Of a DNA stretch of 64,000 nucleotides, positions 49,177-59,779 are shown piece after piece (the stretch's first letter is position 1; every line of letters begins with the position of its first letter). The notes below the pieces were generated by a model. The model was not told where the DNA came from, did not search any database, and saw nothing but the letters and a program-made list of their open reading frames with translations. Origin of the DNA: Candidatus Kapaibacterium sp. (GTDB lineage: Bacteria > Bacteroidota > Ignavibacteria > Kapaibacteriales > UBA2268); assembly GCA_023957315.1 (NCBI GenBank), contig JAMLHE010000018.1, forward strand, positions 1,616 to 65,615, written 5' to 3'. Both the position numbers and the translations under genes were made by a program.

Positions 49177-50600
49177 ACAAGAGTTTCATAAAGAATATTA
49201 CCACAAAAGGCGTAAAGCCCGGAATGACAGCTCATGAAGAAAAGGGTGTAATTATAACAAATTACATACTTTTACTGGCTTCCGGTGTCGCCTTTTTGCG
49301 TATCTTTTTGTTTTTATATACAAGTGATTTCTATCACAGTTTGATTTCAATAGCTTCAACTGTGCTATTTCTATTCGCATATTATATGAATACAAAGCAG
49401 TATTATGATTTTGCTAAATTTTTTCTAATGGTATCAGGTACTGCAGGTCCATTAATGAAGGAATTAATGTCCGGCGGAACAGGAAATCAACACTTTCTCA
49501 CTATAGCAAGTTTTGGTGTAGTTTTTTTATTGTTCAGTTTAAAAGATAAAGTCAAACTGATAATAGCACTTATGCTGCCTACATCCAGTATTATCATCAC
49601 AATATTTTTCCCCAATATCATTTCCGAACCAATAATCTTATCTCCCGAAACGATGAAAATGGAGAAATTTTTTGGAGTAATGTCGGCAAGTATTATTATT
49701 GTGTTTGTCATATGGTATTTCGTCAAACAAAGCGCCAATAGCGAATTAAAGTTAATAAGTTCAAACGATTTACTACAGAAATTCAATAATGAAATTTCTG
49801 AGCAAAAAGCATTGATTGAAGAGCAACATAGGGCACTCACGGCTTCAATTCAATATGCGAAAGATATTCAGTCCGTCATATTACCTTCAAAAACAGAACT
49901 CAATGCCTTGTTCCCCGACAATATTATATTCTACAAACCAAAAGATGTCGTTTCCGGTGATTTTTATTGGTTTGCCGAAACCCGAGATTGGAGATTTATC
50001 GCAGTGGTTGATTGTACAGGGCATGGCGTTCCCGGAGCATTCATGTCAATGATTGGCAATGATTTGCTTAACCAAATTGTAATTTTGCAAGGAATCACAA
50101 AGCCTTCTGTTATATTGCGAATGTTGCACGAAGGAGTCCGAACTACTCTAAAGCAAGATGTAGAAGATTCTCGGCAAATGGATGGCATGGAGGTTTGCTT
50201 GCTTGCTTTCGATAAAACGCAAAAGAAAGTTGTCTTTTCAGGTGCAAAAAGACCATTGTGGATAATCCGATTCGAAAATGGGAAAAAGAAATTTGTAGAA
50301 CTTAAGGGTGACAAACACTCCATCGGGGGACGCCAGAAAGAGGAAGAGCGGACTTTCACAGATTACAATCTCGATTTTGAAGACGAAAGTCTTATGCTCT
50401 ATCTCACAACTGACGGCTTCGCCGACCAAATGAACGAATCCGGAAAGAAATACGGTTCTAAACGTTTCACTGAGCTTTTAAATTCAATCGCTGATAATCC
50501 ATTATCAGAACAATATACAATCTTGAGTAATGAACTCGCCGCTCACCAAGGTGACAAGCACCAAATTGATGATATAACAATAATAGGGGTGAGGATATGA
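49173..50600 (+). CDS. Unit 2: polytopic-membrane N-terminal domain fused to a PP2C/SpoIIE-type phosphatase (no TPR)
   Basis: 475 aa, about 5-6 TM helices, coiled linker, IQYAKDIQSVILP. Then VVSGDFYWF, VDCTGHGVPGA, MDGMEV, LTTDGFADQ, QIDDITIIGVRI. Confidence 0.8.
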   Translation: MNKSFIKNITTKGVKPGMTAHEEKGVIITNYILLLASGVAFLRIFLFLYTSDFYHSLISIASTVLFLFAYYMNTKQYYDFAKFFLMVSGTAGPLMKELMSGGTGNQHFLTIASFGVVFLLFSLKDKVKLIIALMLPTSSIIITIFFPNIISEPIILSPETMKMEKFFGVMSASIIIVFVIWYFVKQSANSELKLISSNDLLQKFNNEISEQKALIEEQHRALTASIQYAKDIQSVILPSKTELNALFPDNIIFYKPKDVVSGDFYWFAETRDWRFIAVVDCTGHGVPGAFMSMIGNDLLNQIVILQGITKPSVILRMLHEGVRTTLKQDVEDSRQMDGMEVCLLAFDKTQKKVVFSGAKRPLWIIRFENGKKKFVELKGDKHSIGGRQKEEERTFTDYNLDFEDESLMLYLTTDGFADQMNESGKKYGSKRFTELLNSIADNPLSEQYTILSNELAAHQGDKHQIDDITIIGVRI

Positions 50601-52744
50601 GAAATTTGATAATATTTTTCGTAGGATTCTTTTCTTTAGTAAATATAAGCTTAGCCCAACTTGAGGGTCAAGCGAGAATAGATTCACTCCTTAAAGAGCT
50701 ACCTAAAATAAAGGAAGATACAAATGCGGTGAATTTACTTTCAGAGCTATCATTTTTATACTATTCAATTAATCCGGATAAAGGTATTGAATTCGGAAAT
50801 AAAGGATTAAAAATTTCCGGAAAAATTAATTGGAAGGAAGGAGAAGCAAAGTGTTATAGTTCGTTAGGTGTGAATTATGTAGGAGGGAAATCTGACCCTT
50901 CAAGAGCACTTGAATATTTCACTATAGCTCTCAAAATTGATGAAAAATTTGGCAATATAGCCGGTATTGCCAGACATCTGGGAAATATTGGAATAATTTT
51001 TGAGAATCAGTCTGACTATCTAAAAGCTCTTGAATATTATCAAAAGGCTCTTAAAATTGATGAAAAATTAAATAATAGAGCCGGTATTGCCAGACATCTA
51101 GGAAATATTGGACTTATTTATGATTATCAAGCCGACTATCCAAAAGCTCTTGAATATCATTATAAGTCACTCGACATCGAAAAAGAGATGGGGAATAAGC
51201 CTGGGATTTCAATGAGCTTTGCAAATATTGGAATCATATATAAGAATCAATCCGATTACCCAAAAGCCATTGAGTATTTCCATAAAGCCCTTAAAATGGA
51301 TGATGAAATTGCCAATAAATCTGGAATTGCATCAAATCTTGATAACTTAGGAACAATTTATACATACCAATTAGATTACCCCAAAGCACTCGAATATTAT
51401 CATAAAGCACTAAAAATCAACGAAGAGATAGGTAATAAATTTAGAATAGCTGTAAATCTTGAAAATATTGGGAGCGTTTATTTCTTTTTATCCCAAGATT
51501 CAACATTTGAAAATAGCGAACCTATAACACAAGTATTTCTAAATAGTGATTTTTATTTAAATAAATCCATTGAATTATCGGAAAAAGCTCTTAAGATTTA
51601 TATTGAAATTGGTGCAATTTACAACTATTCAAATTTGTTACATTCACTCTCCGAATCATACAAATTTAAAGGCAACTATAAAAAAGCTTTCGAAGCATTT
51701 AAAGAATATAAAGCATTACAAGATTCAGTTTTTTCTATGGATAAGCAAAAGGAAATAGCTAATCTCGAAGCGATTCGCGAAAATGAATTAAAAGATGCTG
51801 AAATAACAATTTTAAATACGCAGAAGAAGGCGCAACAGTTTCAATCATACTTGCTTGGCGGTGGAGCGATAGTTCTTTTAGGGGCTTTTTGGTAATGCCT
51901 TCCTACGTTTTCGCGAAAAGAAAAATTGAGCGACAAACTTGCAATTCAAAATAATGAAATTGAAAATCAGAAATTATTAGTAGAGGGAAAAAAGTAGAGG
52001 AAATCTACGCATCAATTAGGTATGCATCAACAATTCAGAATGCGATACTGCCTTGGGACGCTACATTAGGCAAGGCTTTTAGTGATGTCATGGTTTTCTT
52101 CAAGCCCAAAGATATTGTCTCAGGTGATTCGTATTGGTTCAAAGAAGTGGACGGAGTCAAGTTTTGAGGCGGTCGTAAGGTGCACGGGGCACGGCATTCC
52201 GGGAGCGATGCTAACTGTAATTGCCTCTACAGCCTTGGATGATGCCGTTCTTGGCAAGAGATTAAGCGACCCGGTAGAAATACTTACATATATAAATGAA
52301 AAAGTAACAGAAGTATTAAATCAAAAATTAGCTGAAAACAATATTCGCGACGGAATGGAAGTCGCACTACTCGCCATTCATCAAGATAAGATTAAGTTTT
52401 CAGGTGCCGGTCGACCTTTGTATCTCAAGAATGGCACATTGGAAATCATCAAAACCGACAAACGGGGCATAGCCGGAAGCACAAAGAATGATGAATATCA
52501 ATTCAATTCTGTTGAAATCGAAAAATCAGAAAATATTACACTTTACCTAACTACGGACGGATTTGCCGACCAAATGAACGAAGACGGCAAAAAATTCAGC
52601 ACCCGCCGCTTTTTGGCATTACTCGAATCAATTGCCGATAAGCCACTATCGGAACAATATAAAATATTAAACAATGAACTCGCAGCTCATCAAGGCGAAA
52701 AACACCAAATTGACGACATAACAATAATAGGGGTAAGGATATGA
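50597..52744 (+). pseudogene. Unit 3: TPR-TM-PP2C paralog disrupted by clustered indels (or a local consensus error)
   Basis: The ORF 50597-51895 (TPR part) stops inside the TM helix (..LLGAFW*). The PP2C part resumes as ORF 52082-52744. Aligned by eye to unit 5 (56295-56607), the 51886-52180 stretch shows at least 5 indels plus substitutions. The flanks are identical to paralogs. Confidence 0.7.
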
Positions 52745-55002
52745 GAAATTTGATTATATTTTTCGTAATGTTTTTTGTAGCAGTAAACATAAGCTTTGCA
52801 CAACTTCAGGGACAAGCGAAAATAGATTCGCTGAAAGCGGAGTTGCCAAAATCAAAGCAGGACACTAACCATGTCAACTTGCTCGCGGATTTATCTTTTT
52901 TATACAATTCAATTAACCCTGATGAAGGAATTAAATATGGCGAGCAAGGACTAAAACTTGCTGAAAAGATTGGTTGGAAAGAAGGTATAGAAAGGTGTTA
53001 TAGCTCATTAGGTGATAGTTTTATGGATAAATCCGACTACACTATAGCTCTTGGATATTATCACAAAGCACTAAAAATTAATGAAGAATTGGGGAATGAA
53101 CAAAATGTCGCAGGTTTCCTTAATAATATTGGACTTGCTTATTATTACCAATCCGATTATCTCAAATCTCTTGAATCTTTTCACAAAGCACTTAAAATGT
53201 TTGAAGAATTGGAGAATAAATCTGGAGTTTCACTAATTCATGGAAATATTGGAATGATTTATTATTCTCAATCCGACTATCCAAAAGCTATTGAGTATTA
53301 TCACAAAGCACTTAAAATTCATGAAGAAACAGAAAATAAACGAGGAATTGCGGGCACTCTTCACAATATGGGAATGATTTATTCTGACCAATCTGACGGA
53401 TATAGAGCATTAGAGTATTACCTCAAAGCACTTAAAATTAATGAAGAAATAGACAATAAAAATTGGATTGCATATAATCTTGAAGCTATTGGAGTTGTTT
53501 ATAATTCACAATCTGACTACCCAAAAGCTATAGAGTATTATCATAAAGCACTTGAAATTAATGAAGAACTGGGTAATAAATATGGGATTCAAAGTAATCA
53601 TTTAAATATTGGTAATATTTTTATGACGCAATCCGACTACCCAAAAGCACTTGAGTTTTTTCATAAAGCAATTGAAATTAACGAAGAAATAGGACGTATA
53701 TCAGGAATTGCTTTAGGTTTGGGACAAATTGGAGGACTGTATTTAAAAATATCTAAAGATTCAAATATGGTGAACAGTGAAAACAATTTGCAATTAATGC
53801 TAAATAAAGAGATTAATTTGAATAAAGCTATTGAATATTCTCAACAAGCCATTAATCTATACCAAGAAATCGGTGAATTGTATTATCAATTATTTATTTT
53901 AAATAACCTCTCCGAAGCTTATGAACTAAAAGGTGATTACAAAAAAGCATTTGAGGCATTCAAAGAATTTAAAACCTTGCAAGATTCTGTATTCTCGATG
54001 GATAAGCAAAAGGAAATTGCAAATCTTGATGCAAAACGGGAAAATGAGCTTAAAGATGCTGAAATCATCATTTTAAATACAGAGAAAAAAGCACAACAAT
54101 TTCAATCGTATTTGTTGGGAGGCGGAGTAATCGTTCTTCTGGGAGCTTTTGGAATTGCCTTCCTACGTTTTCGAGAAAAGAAAAAATTGAGTGATAAACT
54201 TACAATTCAAAATAATGAAATTGAAAATCAGAAATTATTAGTAGAGGAGAAAAGCGAAGAAATTTATGCATCGATTCGGTACGCTTCTACAATCCAAAAT
54301 GCGATATTGCCTTGGGACGCTACATTAGGCAAGGCTTTTAGTGATGTCATGGTTTTCTTCAAGCCCAAAGATATTGTCTCAGGTGATTCGTATTGGTTCA
54401 AAGAAGTGGACGGAGTCAAGTTTTTGGCGGTCGTAGATTGCACGGGGCACGGCATTCCCGGAGCAATGCTGACTGTTATTGCCTCTACAGCCTTGGATGA
54501 TGCGGTTCTTGGCAAAAGATTAAGCGACCCGGCTGAAATTCTTACATATATAAATGAAAAAGTTACAGACGTGCTCAATCAGCGTTTATCAGAAAATCAA
54601 ACACGCGACGGAATGGAAGTCGCACTACTCGCCATTCATCAAGATAAGATTAAGTTTTCAGGTGCCGGTCGACCGCTCTACTTAAAAAATGGCACATTAG
54701 AAATTATCAAAACCGACAAACGGGGCATAGCCGGTAGCACAAAGAATGATGAATATCAATTCAATTCTGTTGAAATCGAAAAATCAGAAAATATTACACT
54801 CTACCTCACCACCGACGGTTTTGCCGACCAGATGAACGAAGACGGCAAAAAGTTCAGCACCCGCCGCTTTTTGGCATTACTGGAATCAATTGCCGAAAAT
54901 CCTCTAAAAGAACAATATAAAAGATTAAATAACGAACTGGCAGCTCATCAAGGTGAAAAACACCAAATTGATGATATAACAATAATAGGGGTACGGTTAT
55001 GA
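52741..55002 (+). CDS. Unit 4: signal peptide-TPR-coiled coil-TM-PP2C/SpoIIE-type phosphatase
   Basis: 753 aa. MRNLIIFFVMFFVAVNISFAQ, about 7 TPR units (SDYPKA(I/L)EY(Y/F)HKAL(K/E)INEE(L/I)GN.), TM YLLGGGVIVLLGAFGIAFL, RFREKKKLSD, full PP2C motif series. ATGA overlaps at both ends. Confidence 0.88.
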   Translation: MRNLIIFFVMFFVAVNISFAQLQGQAKIDSLKAELPKSKQDTNHVNLLADLSFLYNSINPDEGIKYGEQGLKLAEKIGWKEGIERCYSSLGDSFMDKSDYTIALGYYHKALKINEELGNEQNVAGFLNNIGLAYYYQSDYLKSLESFHKALKMFEELENKSGVSLIHGNIGMIYYSQSDYPKAIEYYHKALKIHEETENKRGIAGTLHNMGMIYSDQSDGYRALEYYLKALKINEEIDNKNWIAYNLEAIGVVYNSQSDYPKAIEYYHKALEINEELGNKYGIQSNHLNIGNIFMTQSDYPKALEFFHKAIEINEEIGRISGIALGLGQIGGLYLKISKDSNMVNSENNLQLMLNKEINLNKAIEYSQQAINLYQEIGELYYQLFILNNLSEAYELKGDYKKAFEAFKEFKTLQDSVFSMDKQKEIANLDAKRENELKDAEIIILNTEKKAQQFQSYLLGGGVIVLLGAFGIAFLRFREKKKLSDKLTIQNNEIENQKLLVEEKSEEIYASIRYASTIQNAILPWDATLGKAFSDVMVFFKPKDIVSGDSYWFKEVDGVKFLAVVDCTGHGIPGAMLTVIASTALDDAVLGKRLSDPAEILTYINEKVTDVLNQRLSENQTRDGMEVALLAIHQDKIKFSGAGRPLYLKNGTLEIIKTDKRGIAGSTKNDEYQFNSVEIEKSENITLYLTTDGFADQMNEDGKKFSTRRFLALLESIAENPLKEQYKRLNNELAAHQGEKHQIDDITIIGVRL

Positions 55003-57146
55003 GAATATTAATATTAATTCTAACACTTGTATTTATGATAAATACAGCAAAATCTCAATTGAGTGGACGATCGAAAATTGATTCGCTTCTTAAGGAATTA
55101 CCAAAAGGAAAGCAAGACACAAATCATGTGAAATTGCTCGCTGATTTATCTTTCGAATATTATCGAATTGACCCAGACACAGGAATTGAGTATGGGGAAA
55201 AGGGCTTAGAACTCGCAAAAGAAATAGACTGGAAAGAAGGCGAAGCATACTGCTATAATTCCCTTGGAACTAATAATGTTGGAAAATCTGATTACCCGAA
55301 AGCATTAGAAATTTTTCATAAATCTTTGAAAATTAATGAAGAATTGGGAAAGAAATCAAACATAGCTAATAATCTTGGAAATATGGGAGTTATTTACAGC
55401 TCTCAATCAGATTACCCAAAAGCATTAGAATATTTTCATAAAGCACTGAAAATTAATGAAGAATTGGGAAGGAAACCAAATATAGCTAATAATCTTGGTA
55501 ATATTGGTAATATTTACTCCGAACAATCAGATTACCCGAAAGCATTAGAATATTTACATAAAGCTCTTAAAATTAATGAAGAGATGGGAAATAAATCCGG
55601 TATAGCTTCAAATCTTGCTAATATTGGTAATATTTACTCCGAACAATCAGATTACCCGAAAGCATTAGAATATTATCATAAAGCTCTGAAAATTAATGAA
55701 GAGTTGGGGAATAAATCACGAATTGCAAATAATTTAATAAATATGGGTTCATTATTCACATCAATGGGTGAACTTGATAAATCATTAGATTATTTAAAAC
55801 GAGGATTAAAATTAAATATTGAAATTCAGAATCATAGGCAGACTGCTTATACTTTAAATATGCTTGCCGGTAATTATATAAATCAAGCAAAAATGTACGA
55901 TTCTGTAAGAACAATAGGAGAATCGAAAGATTATTTAGTTGACAGTAAAATAGAAAACAGCTATCAGTCAGCATTGCAATTTGCGAAAGAAGCAGAACAT
56001 CTTGCCGACAGTATTGGACTTGCTGAATTGCAACCTAAAATATTTCATAATTTATATGAGGCATATAAAAAATTAAATGAACCGGCAAAAGCTCTTGAAT
56101 ATCACGAAAAATATACTATTATGAATGATTCCATTTTCAGCATGGACAAATCCAAAGAAATTGCTAATCTCGAAGCGATTCGCGAAAATGAATTAAAAGA
56201 TGCTGAAATAACAATTTTAAATACGCAGAAGAAGGCGCAACAGTTTCAATCATACTTGCTTGGCGGTGGAGCGATAGTTCTTTTAGGGGCTTTTGGTATT
56301 GCCTTCCTACGTTTTCGCGAAAAGAAAAAATTGAGCGACAAACTTGCAATTCAAAATAATGAAATTGAAAATCAGAAATTATTAGTAGAGGAAAAAAGTG
56401 AGGAAATCTACGCATCAATTAGGTATGCATCAACAATTCAGAATGCGATACTGCCGTGGGACGCTACATTAGGCAAGGCTTTTAGTGATGTCATGGTTTT
56501 CTTCAAGCCCAAAGATATTGTCTCAGGTGATTCGTATTGGTTCAAAGAAGTGGACGGAGTCAAGTTTTTGGCGGTCGTAGATTGCACGGGGCACGGCATT
56601 CCGGGAGCGATGCTAACTGTAATTGCATCTACAGCTCTGGATGATGCGGTTCTTGGCAAAAGATTAAGCGACCCGGCTGAAATTCTTACATATATTAATG
56701 AAAAAGTAACAGACGTGCTCAATCAACGTTTATCAGAAAATCAAACACGCGACGGAATGGAAGTAGCGCTAATTGCTATTCATCAAGATAAAATTCAGTT
56801 CTCCGGCGCCGGGCGACCTTTGTATCTCAAGAATGGCACATTGGAAATAATCAAAACCGACAAACGGGGCATAGCCGGTAGCACAAAGAATGATGAATAT
56901 CAATTCAATTCTATTGAAATCGAAAAATCAGAAAATATTACACTTTACCTAACTACGGACGGATTTGCCGACCAGATGAACGAAGACGGCAAAAAATTCA
57001 GCACGCGCCGCTTTTTGGCATTACTGGAATCAATTGCCGAAAATCCTCTAAAAGAACAATATAAAATATTAAATAACGAACTCGCAGCTCATCAAGGTGA
57101 CAAGCACCAAATTGATGATATAACAATAATAGGAGTGAGGATATGA
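54999..57146 (+). CDS. Unit 5: signal peptide-TPR-coiled coil-TM-PP2C/SpoIIE-type phosphatase
   Basis: 715 aa, same architecture. ATGA overlaps at both ends. Contains near-perfect 120-bp internal TPR repeats. Confidence 0.88.
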   Translation: MRILILILTLVFMINTAKSQLSGRSKIDSLLKELPKGKQDTNHVKLLADLSFEYYRIDPDTGIEYGEKGLELAKEIDWKEGEAYCYNSLGTNNVGKSDYPKALEIFHKSLKINEELGKKSNIANNLGNMGVIYSSQSDYPKALEYFHKALKINEELGRKPNIANNLGNIGNIYSEQSDYPKALEYLHKALKINEEMGNKSGIASNLANIGNIYSEQSDYPKALEYYHKALKINEELGNKSRIANNLINMGSLFTSMGELDKSLDYLKRGLKLNIEIQNHRQTAYTLNMLAGNYINQAKMYDSVRTIGESKDYLVDSKIENSYQSALQFAKEAEHLADSIGLAELQPKIFHNLYEAYKKLNEPAKALEYHEKYTIMNDSIFSMDKSKEIANLEAIRENELKDAEITILNTQKKAQQFQSYLLGGGAIVLLGAFGIAFLRFREKKKLSDKLAIQNNEIENQKLLVEEKSEEIYASIRYASTIQNAILPWDATLGKAFSDVMVFFKPKDIVSGDSYWFKEVDGVKFLAVVDCTGHGIPGAMLTVIASTALDDAVLGKRLSDPAEILTYINEKVTDVLNQRLSENQTRDGMEVALIAIHQDKIQFSGAGRPLYLKNGTLEIIKTDKRGIAGSTKNDEYQFNSIEIEKSENITLYLTTDGFADQMNEDGKKFSTRRFLALLESIAENPLKEQYKILNNELAAHQGDKHQIDDITIIGVRI

Positions 57147-59779
57147 GAAAATTGATAATACTATCCGTAATGTTTTGTGCAGTAGTAAATATTAGCTTAG
57201 CCCAGTTGCGTGGTCAGGCAAGAATTGACTCCCTTATTATGGTACTACCCAAAATGAAGGAGGATACTAATGCAGTGAATTTATTGGCTGATTTATCATT
57301 TTTATACAATTCAATTAATCCTGATGAAGGCATTAAATATGGCGAGCTAGGACTAAAACTTGCTGAAAAACTAAAATGGAAATTTGGTAAAGCTAACTGT
57401 TACAACTCTATTGGGCTAAATTATGCCGAGCTCAACGATTACCACAAAGCGTTGGATTTTTACCACAAAGCACTGGAATTGAATGAGGAGATTGATTATT
57501 TACAACAAGCTGCTGGAAATTTAAACAATATTGGAATAGTTTACAGATACTTATCGGATTACTTAAAAGCGCTCGAATATTATCAAAAAGCTCTTAAAAT
57601 TTATGAAGTGCTGGGTAGTAAATCAGGTGTAGCTAGTAATCTTGGTAATATTGGTAATATTTACTCCGGTCAATCGGATTACCCTAAAGCATTAGAATTT
57701 CATTATAAAGCTCTTAAAATTAATGAGGAATTAGGTAGAAAAACTAATATTGCTAATAATCTTGGCAATATTGGAACTGTTTACTCCATTCAAGCGAACT
57801 ACCCTAAAGCATTAGAATATATTTATAAAGCTCTTAAAATTAATGAGGAATTAGGTAGAAAAACTAATATTTCAAATAATCTTTCTAATATTGGTAAGAT
57901 TTATTTACGTCAATCTGATTTCCCCAAAGCACTTGATTATTATCATAAATCGCTTAAAATTGATGAAGAATTAGGAAGTAAATCCCGCATAGCTTCAAAC
58001 CTTTTGAGAATTGGTATGACTTATTTCTATCAATCTGATTACCCCCAAGCACTTGAATATTGTCATAAAGCACTAAAAATTAATGAGGAATTAGGTGTGA
58101 AAATTAATATGGCACGTGATTTCGGAAATATTGGTATGATTTATGCATCTCAATTGCACTACTCAAAAGCATTAGACTTTTATCATAATGCTCTTAAAAT
58201 TCATGAGGAGCTGGGAGATAAAGTGAGCATAGCTTTTAATCTTGGAAATATTGGGGTTTTATATTACAGTTTATCTCAAGATACGGTTTTATCAAAAATA
58301 AGTGAAGGTACCAATCTTTTAAGTCTCAATAGAGAACTAAATCTCAATAAATCGATTGAATACTCTCTTAAATCTATTGATTTACTCAAAGAAATTGGCG
58401 AATCTGACAATCAATCAAAAACTTTAAAAAGATTATCTGATGCTTACACAGATAAAGGCGATTACAAAAAAGCATTCGAAGCATACAAAGACTATAAAGA
58501 GCTGCGAGATTCAATTTTTTCTATAGATAAGCAAAAAGAATTGGCAAATTTAGAATCCAAAAGAGAGTTAGAAATAAAGCAGAAAGAAAATCTATTGTTG
58601 ATTAAAGATAACCAATTGTTCAATGCAGAATTAATTCAAAAGAATCAAAAAATTAATTTAGCTGAAAAAGAAAAAGAACTCCAGCATCTTGCATTTTTGA
58701 AAGAACAAGCCGAGAGGCAAGAGAAAGAGCAACTCTTGACATTGACTGAGACTCAAATTCAACTTCAGTCAACTCAAATCGAGTCTTTGGATAAAGAAAA
58801 AGAGATACAAAATGCAGAGCTAAAAGCAAAAAATTTACAACGAAACTTTTTTATTGCAGGCGTAATTGTTTTTATAATTTTATTCTTGTTTGCATTTATT
58901 CGTTTCCGTGAAAAGAAAAAGCTGAGCGATGAGCTTGCACTTCAAAACGCTGAAATTGAAAAACAAAAGACTATTGTTGAATCTCAAAAAGCAATTGTCG
59001 AGGAGCAAAAGTTCATACTTCAAGAAAAAAATGACCATATTTATTCTTCTGTCCAATACGCCGCTACAATTCAACAGGCGATTTTACCATGGGACAGTAT
59101 AATTAATGCTGCTTTCTCAGATATTTTAATTTTCTACAAACCGAAAGATATTGTTTCCGGTGATTCATATTGGTTCAAAGAAGTGGACGGAGTCAAGTTC
59201 CTTGCGGTCATAGATTGCACAGGGCACGGCATTCCCGGAGCAATGCTGACTGTAATTGCATCTACAGCTCTGGATGATGCGGTTCTTGGCAAAAGATTAA
59301 GCGACCCGGCAGAAATTCTTTCCTATATAAATGAAAAAGTAACAGAAGTATTAAATCAAAGATTAGCTGAAAACAATATCCGTGACGGAATGGAAGTCGC
59401 ACTACTCGCCATTCATAAAGATAAGATTAAGTTTTCAGGTGCCGGGCGACCGCTCTACCTCAAAAATGACACACTCGAAATCATCAAAACCGACAAACGT
59501 GGCATTGCAGGCAGTACAAAAAATGATTATTACCAATTCAACTCAATTGAAATCGAAAGAACCGAGGGCAAAACTCTTTACCTAACAACTGACGGCTTCG
59601 CCGACCAGATGAACGAAGACGGCAAAAAATTCAGCACCCGCCGCTTTGTGGCATTACTTGAATCAATTTCCGATAAGCCAATTCCCGAGCAACACGAATT
59701 GCTCGAAACAGAATTTAACAATCACCGCGACAACCGAGAGCAAATTGATGATATAACGATAATAGGGGTGAGGATATGA
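57143..59779 (+). CDS. Unit 6: signal peptide-TPR-extended coiled coil-TM-PP2C/SpoIIE-type phosphatase
   Basis: 878 aa. Extra ~100-aa coiled-coil segment (KRELEIKQKENLLLIKDNQ...EKEIQNAELKAKNLQ) before TM FFIAGVIVFIILFLFAFI, then RFREKKKLSD and the PP2C series. Confidence 0.88.
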   Translation: MRKLIILSVMFCAVVNISLAQLRGQARIDSLIMVLPKMKEDTNAVNLLADLSFLYNSINPDEGIKYGELGLKLAEKLKWKFGKANCYNSIGLNYAELNDYHKALDFYHKALELNEEIDYLQQAAGNLNNIGIVYRYLSDYLKALEYYQKALKIYEVLGSKSGVASNLGNIGNIYSGQSDYPKALEFHYKALKINEELGRKTNIANNLGNIGTVYSIQANYPKALEYIYKALKINEELGRKTNISNNLSNIGKIYLRQSDFPKALDYYHKSLKIDEELGSKSRIASNLLRIGMTYFYQSDYPQALEYCHKALKINEELGVKINMARDFGNIGMIYASQLHYSKALDFYHNALKIHEELGDKVSIAFNLGNIGVLYYSLSQDTVLSKISEGTNLLSLNRELNLNKSIEYSLKSIDLLKEIGESDNQSKTLKRLSDAYTDKGDYKKAFEAYKDYKELRDSIFSIDKQKELANLESKRELEIKQKENLLLIKDNQLFNAELIQKNQKINLAEKEKELQHLAFLKEQAERQEKEQLLTLTETQIQLQSTQIESLDKEKEIQNAELKAKNLQRNFFIAGVIVFIILFLFAFIRFREKKKLSDELALQNAEIEKQKTIVESQKAIVEEQKFILQEKNDHIYSSVQYAATIQQAILPWDSIINAAFSDILIFYKPKDIVSGDSYWFKEVDGVKFLAVIDCTGHGIPGAMLTVIASTALDDAVLGKRLSDPAEILSYINEKVTEVLNQRLAENNIRDGMEVALLAIHKDKIKFSGAGRPLYLKNDTLEIIKTDKRGIAGSTKNDYYQFNSIEIERTEGKTLYLTTDGFADQMNEDGKKFSTRRFVALLESISDKPIPEQHELLETEFNNHRDNREQIDDITIIGVRI

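Noticed and set aside
52082-52744. 220-aa ORF as a stand-alone PP2C phosphatase gene
   Set aside because: Its first ~27 residues (MMSWFSSSPKILSQVIRIGSKKWTESSF) are a frameshifted reading of the conserved linker SDVMVFFKPKDIVSGDSYWFKEVDGVKF. It is the tail of the disrupted unit 3, not a separate gene.
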